From Epithemia pelagica (lineage: Eukaryota > Protista > Bacillariophyta), in assembly GCA_946965045.2 (NCBI GenBank), contig OX337242.1:1488001-1552000 (forward strand): a DNA stretch of 64,000 bases. Reading direction: 5' to 3'. Numbering within the stretch: position 1 is the first letter of the stretch; the number at the start of each line of letters is the position of its first letter. Under the pieces are notes generated by a model that saw only the letters and a program-made list of their open reading frames with translations, was not told the origin of the DNA and made no database searches. The position numbers and the translations under genes are program-made. Shown here piece by piece: positions 19,620 through 28,800 of the stretch.

Positions 19620-22265
19620 TTATGATGAAGGACTACTCTCTAAACCGACCTTCTTGCTGTTAACGTCGTCTTCATCAAAATCCACATCGGCCTTGTTAAG
19701 AGAACTTCTAGGTGAAGGCAACAAGTCTTCTTGCAACAGACTGGACACGGCGGCAACATCTGATTTTTCCTCCTTGGCCGGTGGTGCCATTGTTGTGAAG
19801 TTGGGCCTTTCTAAAGCAGAAGCGCCCAGCGATTTCGTGTCCAGGAGACTTCCACTGGTGGGGTAGCTGTTTGGGTTCGTTTCGGGTCCATTCATGTTGC
19901 TTGTCGCCAATGGCTGATCCTTACGCTCTGGAACACTGCTCTTGTTCTGATGCTGTTGCTGTAGCGAGGACGGTTCCTCTGGTATCCACTGGGTGAAAAC
20001 CGCCGGAGGAGGCTTGCTGTCAAACACTATTTCCTCACTGTACGGTTGCATATCCATTCGACTACTTCCGGCTGTGCTAACCGAAGAGGCGGATGTCCTT
20101 CGCATCACACCAGACGATGGTGGTGGTGACAAGGACGCGGGGACATTGTGTCTTCCTCCTCTTGTATGACTGCTTGAACTGGCCGAGGACACGGTGGACA
20201 TGACCGAAGTTCGACGAAAAGAGGAACTCAAAATGTTGCGGGGCGGTGGAGGGAAATCACTAAAGCCACTGCTGTTATTGCTGTTTTCGTTCCAAGCACT
20301 TCCACTGGCTGCGGTAGATGAAGATGAGGAGGCTGCTGCCTGGGCCGCAGCAGTAGAAATGGCCCCCGACGCACGTCGAAGTGAATTTTGTGCCAATCTT
20401 TGGATGCGAGATGCCAAACCTTGCCGTTTCTTACGTCGCTGTAAGGATTCGACCGCCGCACTTCGCATACCACGCATATCTGATTGACTCTCACTGCTAC
20501 TCGTTGGTAGAATCAGGGGGTCTGGCAATTTACTATCGACGGACATGCGGCTGCTCACTGACCCCCTGTGCTGCTGCCGTGATTGTGGACGACCCATGGA
20601 ACCACTTGCAGTGCTCGTACTGCCTCGATTGACCACACTATCACTTACTCCTCGTGCAAGTTCTGAAAAATGCGGAAGTTGTGGCAAGAAATTCTTCATG
20701 CTTCTTCTCTTTTGTTGAGTGGGCGGAGCAGACGCCACACTGTTGGCGCTGCTTACTTGCCGTTGTCGGCGGTTCACTGGTTGAAGTTTAGAAAGATGAA
20801 CCGGAGCCGAACTTACACTAAGCTGGCTGTTGTGACTCGCACCAAGGAGATCGCTGGAACTATCCGCACGGAAGGAATCATTGCTCTCACCTCCTTCACT
20901 TATTTCCCAAAGTTGGTTCAAGTCACCTTCTCTACGGTGAAGGGCACCACTCATATTTTTACCATCAAAGTCATTACCGTCCAACATCTTTGACATTATT
21001 ATCGCCAATCCTGTTTCAACTTGTCCGGCATCCAACACCTCGTAGGATTCCAATATCGTGTCGAACTTAAGAAATCGACCCTTCCAATATTTCGTCACTG
21101 TGTGTATCCAATCTTGGATCATTTTTGCCTGCTTATCCGTCGATACTTGACTGTATCTTTCCTTATGCATCTGCATCAAAACGCGCAAGCGATTATTGCC
21201 CGTGGTGTCATTCGGCATCAAGTCTGCCGTTTCCATCGATAGAGCTTCATTCCCTTCACCGACACTGTCACTGTTCGAGTTGTCATTTTCGTCTTTATCT
21301 GACGTAAACGTTATAACAATATCAAGCGTCTCAGGGTGCTTCACAAGCTTATGTTTACCAAATGCTCGCCAGAGTGACGGTCTTCGTTCTTCTGTCGTCC
21401 GGTTCATTTTCTTTTTGTTGAAAAGGTCCAAAGCCGCCGGAGGTAACAACTGGTCTGACAAGGACCTACGCAACAAAGAAGATCGCCGTCTTCGTTTCTT
21501 CTCGTCTTCCGCCACATCTTTCCCCGTTGGAAGTGGCGGTGGAGCGAGTGCCCCTGCTGCAGATTGTGAAGCAGGCGTGCTATTGTCCTCGTCAGGGTCG
21601 AGAAGAGCTGGAGAAGAATCCATATCGACAAAACTGATCCGACGAGACCGTCCACTTTTGGGGGATACATGCCCCCCGTTGTGAAGAAGAATAGATTTGG
21701 TCGCTTTCTTGCTTTCGTTGGGAGAGGGCATTAGAGACCGCTCGATAAACTCTTCCACTAAGGCCCGAGGAACTTCGATCCACCCGTCATCGGAAGACGA
21801 AGAATTCTCCCTCGACGGAGCGCAGTTGCCATCATCCTCGCTTTTGGTTTCGACGTCAGCTGATTTCGGAGGAGGCATTATTGTTTCATTCGATCTTTGC
21901 AAAAAGCGTCCAGGTGGCACACACTGTTCAGTCACAATGGATATTAATTTGTTGACAATCGGGGAAGTATCTTGACCTCTGGTGTGCCGAGTCTCAAAAT
22001 CATGTCGATGCATGTTGAGCGTAACTTGAAACCTCTGATTACCGACATGATGTTTTGCCGGCCCGCTACTCACATCCGGATGATAGTAATTCAGAATCCC
22101 CGTCTCTTGATCAGCAACTAGCAATACATCAAAATTACTGCGACATCGGGCGGATTCCTTGATTTCTGCAGAAGCTACAACTGCCGCTGCCGCTGCAACG
22201 GCGGGGCCTCCAGAGGAGCCTGCGCTTGAATCAGAAACTGTGATCGACATCCTGGTAGTCGCCAT
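19620..22265 (-). CDS. Diatom-type protein with two DUF6824-like domains and a long Ser-rich tail
   Basis: HHVGNQRFQVTL...GRFL and TTGNNRLRVLMQMHKERY...GRFL motifs in an 881-aa ORF. Confidence 0.75.
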   Translation of the reverse strand: MATTRMSITVSDSSAGSSGGPAVAAAAAVVASAEIKESARCRSNFDVLLVADQETGILNYYHPDVSSGPAKHHVGNQRFQVTLNMHRHDFETRHTRGQDTSPIVNKLISIVTEQCVPPGRFLQRSNETIMPPPKSADVETKSEDDGNCAPSRENSSSSDDGWIEVPRALVEEFIERSLMPSPNESKKATKSILLHNGGHVSPKSGRSRRISFVDMDSSPALLDPDEDNSTPASQSAAGALAPPPLPTGKDVAEDEKKRRRRSSLLRRSLSDQLLPPAALDLFNKKKMNRTTEERRPSLWRAFGKHKLVKHPETLDIVITFTSDKDENDNSNSDSVGEGNEALSMETADLMPNDTTGNNRLRVLMQMHKERYSQVSTDKQAKMIQDWIHTVTKYWKGRFLKFDTILESYEVLDAGQVETGLAIIMSKMLDGNDFDGKNMSGALHRREGDLNQLWEISEGGESNDSFRADSSSDLLGASHNSQLSVSSAPVHLSKLQPVNRRQRQVSSANSVASAPPTQQKRRSMKNFLPQLPHFSELARGVSDSVVNRGSTSTASGSMGRPQSRQQHRGSVSSRMSVDSKLPDPLILPTSSSESQSDMRGMRSAAVESLQRRKKRQGLASRIQRLAQNSLRRASGAISTAAAQAAASSSSSTAASGSAWNENSNNSSGFSDFPPPPRNILSSSFRRTSVMSTVSSASSSSHTRGGRHNVPASLSPPPSSGVMRRTSASSVSTAGSSRMDMQPYSEEIVFDSKPPPAVFTQWIPEEPSSLQQQHQNKSSVPERKDQPLATSNMNGPETNPNSYPTSGSLLDTKSLGASALERPNFTTMAPPAKEEKSDVAAVSSLLQEDLLPSPRSSLNKADVDFDEDDVNSKKVGLESSPSS

Positions 22266-22616
22266 TGTGAACGGATCTCCACTTTTAATTTAAACCAGCG
22301 AGGTTTCTTTCTTCCCTCTATCGTAGTCTGGACGATTTTTCGCGACACAAGCTGAGCACACTTTCTTGGTCACACTTCGTAATTCGCTGAAAAGCCACCG
22401 ACGAACGAAAAAGTCTCTCAACACCCTGAACCTTTGTTGACAGATCCTCCCAGTATCTTTCCTCCTATATATCAAAAGAGTCTTGAGAATGGAGCAAGGT
22501 GGACGGCACTTGAATGAACCCTTCGACGGTGATCTCGAACTACTACGAGAGGAGAGGCATTGTGCCTGGAACTGCGCCGTTGTTATTTTACAATCTATGG
22601 CCGATATGGAGGACTC

Positions 22617-23924
22617 CTAAGCGGGCAGGTCGCGAAGGAGTGGGGCGTTATCTGTAAGTTCAACATATTCCTCCATGGGGATGGGGGAATAAATTGGTGT
22701 CACTGGAGCGAATCCAAGTCGGGCCAAGTTTTGGATCTGTGATGTTCTTGTGGTGGTTTTTGCTTTGTGGTTGCGAATGGTGGCCATGTGGGTATTGGCA
22801 TGGGTGGCTAAACTGGAGACGATAGCGTGGCTGAGGGAGAGTTTGGCGAAGTGGCCAAGGGAGTAGACGTTGGCGGCCGGGTAGCAGAATTTGGTGATTT
22901 CTTTGTTGGCGGTGGATATGATGTTGGATGGTGCATGTTGAAGGTGTTGGTACAGTGCGAAAGCTGCTGGGTGGGACAAACTGCGGGAGGCGTTTTTGCC
23001 AAAGTGTGGGTCTTGCCAATCTGGAGGGTGGGCAGTGGAAAAAGGGTGTGGGTTGTTGTCGCTTGAGAACAGCAGTGTTTCTGAGAAAGAGCCCAAGGAT
23101 CCGAGGTGGTCGACGGTAAAAGGTAGAAGATACACGCCGTTGTGGAGGAGGTGTTTGGCTGTCTCTGGGTCCCTGCAGTATTTTGCTCGCGCTGATTCTT
23201 GATGCGTCCTGGATGCATGTGCTGTTAGTTTTTGATGGTCGGACGGGTCAAGGGTGGGCGTTGGCTGTTGCGGTGGGGGGACAGTGACGTCAATTGCGAG
23301 GTATTTAAAATCGTCGTTGTTGTGTGGCTGACTCAGCAATAAACCGACATCGGCTGGTCGGATGTTACAGTTGTGCATCGGTGCAAGGCCTGGTGGTTCA
23401 ACATGAACATCGTGTGGGGTGTCTACGACCTTGGCAGCGGGGGCCAGATGGCGTAGGACGTCATACAGAGTGTCTCTGATGGCGTTTGACAAATCAGTTT
23501 TGGATGCCTGACTGCAGCCGAAGAGGTGGTTGCCGTGTGGATCGAGTGGCTTGGAGCATTTGCACAATTGGAGGTCGTTGCAAGGGTGGTCGAAGTGGAG
23601 TGGCAAGCGTAGTTTCCTTTTTAGGGCGGTATTGAAGACTTTGTTGTCGAGGCGGAAATCGGAGGCTGGTAGGGGTACGGAGAAGGGCATACTTGTAAGG
23701 GGGGACAGGACGGACGGAAGGAAGATCCGTTGGTCTGGTTTGGTTGCTCGGAAGATCTTCCGGATCACATGCTCTTTGAGGATATGGTTCATTTGGCGGT
23801 TTTGAGTGGTGCGATCGAAACGGTCGATTGTGTACAATGCCTCGTCGGCATATTCATTGGCGAAGAGTGAGAGTGCTTTTCGGAATTTTGTCATTTCTGG
23901 GCTGGTGCTTTCCTGCCAGTTTCT
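22617..23924 (-). pseudogene. CRE ORF2 C-terminal segment: CCHC zinc knuckle + restriction-like endonuclease
   Basis: CKCSKPLDPHGNHLFGC, IRPADV, AIDVTV, RAKY, LLPFTVDHLGSLG. In frame with the RT segment once the Copia and one GTATG copy are removed (..QQTY|RNWQESTSPE-MTKF..). Confidence 0.9.
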
Positions 23925-23929
23925 GTATG

Positions 23930-24712
23930 TGTTAGAATTCTCACCGTCTATGGTGGTTAGATTCTACATCTCATCGATTCCTCATGTCACATAGCCTCGT
24001 GCTATCGCATCATGCCATCTAGCTTCGAGCTATGTTCCCTAGCTTCGCGCTATATCGACCTATATTTCTTCGCAAATCATGAAAAGTGAGAATAGATTGA
24101 CGAACTCACTCTCAAGACTAAACTGGGTCGTGCGGTATTACAACGGACGTAAATTTGGTCGTTGCTCGGACATTATACTAACGCCCTAAGCGTACGCGCC
24201 CGAAATCATCGAGCGCGCCCAAGCGACATCCGAGCGCTGTCGGCATCTATCCGACCCAACGGTCTAAGTATCCCAAGCACGACACACGATCACGCGAGAC
24301 CATATTTCCATTCCCACAATCTCCAAATTGTCAACAAGCTGCGCGCCATGAAAACAACTATGCCAACCCAAAGCAAGAGCTGTTGACCCTGTATATGTTA
24401 TCCACCCACATATACATGTCATATACATCACATGAATCGACTCCAACTATTCCAAACCTGTTGCCGCCAAGAACCTATGACACATGACCCTTGGCAGGAC
24501 CGAACATTTCACGTAGACCTATCGTAGTAATCAACACACAATCTAACAATATCACCATTTATCACATCCTCTTTTGTGTCCCGACTATCCTTCTGATAGA
24601 CTTCGACTTGCTTGCTTCTCTGACCCTGAGAAGCTTGTATCGGTTGGTGACCTACCTGATTGTCTGCTCTACCGAGCATCAATGTCCCTACGATTCAGAA
24701 AGAATTGTAACA
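23930..24712 (+). repeat. 5' LTR (783 bp)
   Basis: TGTTAGAATTC...GAATTGTAACA; matches 31531..32313 at offset 7601. Confidence 0.97.
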
Positions 24713-24730
24713 GATTAACAGTCTCAGAGC
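24713..24730 (+). promoter_or_regulatory. Primer-binding site, non-canonical (no TGG); complementary to a tRNA-Asn(GUU) anticodon arm
   Basis: GATTAACAGTCTCAGAGC directly after the LTR; its reverse complement contains GA-CTGTTAA-TC. Confidence 0.6.
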
Positions 24731-24748
24731 TTATTTCCTTGTGGTTTC

Positions 24749-25528
24749 ATGGATACTAACGAGCTTATCACTCCTGTACGACAGATCTATCGAGCCAAAC
24801 TGCATCCCGGGCAGCCCAATACCCTGGTGCAGCAGGAACTGGTGCCGACGCCGAAGGCAGCCAACACATCGGTCAACATCTCCGTCAACAGTTCCAACAG
24901 CAACCCATTCGAGACTCCAACCCAGCCTCACGCTCCGATCCCTGCGCCGTTGCTTCGGCCCCCGAGTCCGCCTCGTCGGCTCGTCCCTTCTCGATCCCGT
25001 CGTACCACCCGGTTGATTGCTGATCATATCAAGTACTTCCGTCAACCAACTTGTTCGACCTTCGATCCCGAGATCATCCGTGGGGAGACCCAGATCGAAC
25101 GCCAGTTCCAATCGGTGACCCACATCGTCGACCAAGAAGACATTGACCGTCTGAACGACCAACTTCACCGTTCTCCGAGGCGTCGCCTCATCCTGGCCGC
25201 CCTCTCGGGCAACCCCATCCGTACTGTCCACCTCCGCTTCCTAACCTTCGAGCGCCCAACTGGATACTACAATACCATCCACGTCGTGAACGCGACGACT
25301 TGCCCTCTGCCTCCTAACGTTGTACGCCTAGATAACTACGTTGCCTACATCCACGAGGTCCATACCATCGAGGACCATCGTGCAACTATCTACCCTTTGC
25401 GTACCGAGGTCGAGAACCACCTGGCTGAAGGTGATACCCCTTCTTCTGTTGCTTGTGCTGCCCCATCTGAGCCTGGAAACGACTCTGATCATTCGGAAGA
25501 GAGTGAGGATTCGGAGACCGAAGCTTAA
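24749..25528 (+). CDS. Extra 259-aa ORF inside the Copia, upstream of gag
   Basis: ATG-initiated open ORF between PBS and gag-pol; Pro-rich N-terminus, acidic C-terminus; no known domain recognised. Confidence 0.65.
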   Translation: MDTNELITPVRQIYRAKLHPGQPNTLVQQELVPTPKAANTSVNISVNSSNSNPFETPTQPHAPIPAPLLRPPSPPRRLVPSRSRRTTRLIADHIKYFRQPTCSTFDPEIIRGETQIERQFQSVTHIVDQEDIDRLNDQLHRSPRRRLILAALSGNPIRTVHLRFLTFERPTGYYNTIHVVNATTCPLPPNVVRLDNYVAYIHEVHTIEDHRATIYPLRTEVENHLAEGDTPSSVACAAPSEPGNDSDHSEESEDSETEA

Positions 25529-25848
25529 TTACTCATAGTTAACTCCCGTCCTCTCAAAACCTTTCCAAGACTTAAACTCAACGCACATCCGGGTACCCTT
25601 GGTCGCACAACACGCCACACATTCCCGTCAAATCGCGAAAATTCGGCGAAAATTTGTTGAAACTCGGCGAAAATTTGTCGGAATCAACGGAAATTTCCAG
25701 GAGTCGCACATCACAACACACATCCGGGTATTACATACGTGGTACATACGTGGCACACGTGGTACATCCGGGTTCACATCACATCACACATTAAATAAAC
25801 CACATCACACCGCACATTAAATAAACATCGAACCAACCAAATAACACC

Positions 25849-28800
25849 ATGGATCCTCAATCACCCAAGACACCTACGACTCCTAAGGGAGAAGATAACC
25901 AAGACAATGTCTCGGACACAGACCTATTCGACCACATCATATTTACTGTCTGCCAATTCTTTACCAAAGAAAGGGCTGACTACTTAATGAAGTGGATGAA
26001 ATACCATGGTTTTGAGAACATTACCCATGTTATCTCGTATATGCAAACTAATACCGAGGAATCCATGAAGGAACTGACACAGTACAAGGTCAACAAACAG
26101 ACACATGATCTACAAGGCCCCACAAGACAGCAGATCAAGCTCTTGGCTTATTGGGCCATATACAAGACCAATGAAATTCAAGACGAGCTATCCAATAGCG
26201 ACTGGATGAACCTAACGAGGAAAGAGTTCAACACTTGGAGGATCAACACAGATTTCTCTAAGGGACCACCTAGTCAAGTCCCAGTCTCGCCAATGAAGTC
26301 ACCGTCATCTGTGAAATCTGTCAGCACAGTTACTGCCGCATCCCAATCTCAACAAGACCTTACAGCATTCAGAAAGGGAACTAAGCGCGACGCAACTGCA
26401 TATGAGGTATTCAAGGATGAACGATACTACGATTCATTCTGGCGTGTATTCAAGACTACAGCTAAGGCTCAAGGCCTATCCAACGTTCTGAATTTCAAAT
26501 ACACACCACCCCATGATGATGAGTATGCCAAAGAACTTTTTCAAGAGCAACAAGTATTTCTTGACTCTGTTCTTGTCCGTATCATTCAGACTGACCAAGG
26601 TCGAGCCTATGTACGTGAACATGAACATGATGAAGATGCGCGTGCCGTATTGCAGAAGTTACATTCTTTGCATACCGAATCCGACCTAGCAAAGCGAGAG
26701 GTCCTCCGTTTAACCAACTACATTTCCAATCTACGTCTTGACGACACATGGCGCGGAACAACACGTCACTTTCTTCTACACTTTCAAGAACAGCTACGTT
26801 TGCTAGACAATCTAGTGACATTGTCTGATCGCATCCCTGATCATACCAGGATGACCTTCCTCATGCAAGCTGTAGAAAAGGTACCTGATCTCCGCCGAGT
26901 CAAGATCTTGGATAATGTGGTGAACACCAAATCCGGTGCAAAATCCCTTTGCTATCAATCATACTTCCGTCTCCTTCTAGACGCAGCTTATGACCATGAT
27001 CAAGCAACCCAGTCATCTGTTCATAGTCGCCGTCGACATGTCAAACAACATGAATCACTATATGGCCAAGATACAGATGCTGACATAACCTCACAAGATG
27101 ATATGGAGTATCATGTCCACAACACCACAGCGACATCTGAATCTCCATCCTCTTTGTCCAAGGTTAGTCTACCGCGTGACCTATGGTTCAAACTTTCTGA
27201 AGAAGATCGCAAGTTGATCATTGAGTATAACAAGATGATTCAAGCACCTTCATCAACAACACCGAGGAAAGTGCAAACACATGCCCTCGACATTGATCCG
27301 GAACCTGATCCTGACCCCAACCAAGTTGCATCTGATGACGACTCACCTGGCGTAGTCCCTGAGCATCCAGATGACTCAGATCCGGTTACACAATTTATCA
27401 ACCAAGCCATGACGACTGATATCAATCACCCGGCAACTGACCTGACTAGTGTTCTTTCTAACGCCAAGTCCAAGACGAGCAAGAAGGTTACTTTCAAAAC
27501 CAACATGCATAAACAAGCAGGACATGTTCCACGCTATCTGTTTTCCAGGAAATCTACTTTACCAGGAAATCAATTGATTGACCGTGGTGCTAATGGAGGA
27601 CTTGCGGGTTCTGACATGCGCATCCTTTCTAAGACTGGCCGCCATATCACTATTGTGGGTATTGATAACCATGAACTCACTGGACTTCCTGTCGTCACAT
27701 GTGCCGCAAAGTTTGAGACCAATGACGGACCTATTGTCGGCATCTTCAATGAATATGCTTATTATGGAAAGGGCTTATCTATCCATGCTCCTGGTCAATT
27801 CGAGCATTTCGGACTTGCTGTTGATGAACGATCTGTTAAAGTTGATGGTAAACAACGCATCACTACACTTGATGGTCGTGCCATACCCCTTCACATCAAG
27901 GATGGGTTAGCCTACATCCACTCCTTGGGTATCCCCAGCGACGATGACATGGATACCTTACCTCAGATCATCTTCACGTCACCCGACACATGGGATCCTG
28001 GTGTTCTGGACCATTCGTATTCTCCCACACCCTCTGACAATGATCCTGATTGGAAACACGTCAAGACTGATGGTAGTATGTCGAACCATCCATATGACAA
28101 CTATGGGGAGTACACTGATCGTGTTGTTTGTAACCTCAATCTCCTTTTGGATCTCCCATATGATCATGGACCTGACGACGCACCCTTCTTTTCTATCTAT
28201 GCTGACGCAGAAGGTAATGATCCTACACTTCATGCCTCTGTCCACCGTCGTTACCAGGAAGCGTATGACTGGAAGAAGTTCCGTCCATTCTTTGGTTGGC
28301 AATCTGAAGATGTTATTGCCGATACGTTCAAGCACACTACACGTAATGGTAGCATTACTTTTGACCACGACACCCTCAAGAAACATTTCAAGGCTCGCAA
28401 TCCGGTCCTTAATATACCTCGACGTCATGAACCCGTTGCTACTGACTCGGTTTTCTCCGACACCCCTGCTGTTGACCATGGCGGTAAAGTCGCACAAATC
28501 TTTGTTGGTCGAGATACTCTGGTTACTGATATCTATGGGATCAAGTCAACCAAACAGTTTGTCAATACTCTCCAGGATAACATCCGGTTTCGTGGTGCCA
28601 TGGAGACCCTTATCAGTGATGGTGGTTCATCTCTCATCTCTCAAAAGGTCAAAGACATTCTTCGCACTTTGCTTATTGGGGAGTATCGATCTGAACCTTA
28701 TCATCAACACCAGAATAAGGCTGAAAACCGTTATCAGACCGTTAAACGTATGACCAACGCTCTCATGAATGCCACTGGTTGCCCTGCCAACACCTGGCTT

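Noticed and set aside
22489-22580. Fragments reminiscent of U2 snRNA (CCGTCCAC, TTGCTCC) near the CRE 3' end as a target site
   Set aside because: The order of motifs is wrong, and there is no branch-pairing or Sm site.
24162-24718. Short ORFs within the LTRs (duplicated at 31763-32508)
   Set aside because: Short and motif-less; they recur only because the LTR is duplicated.
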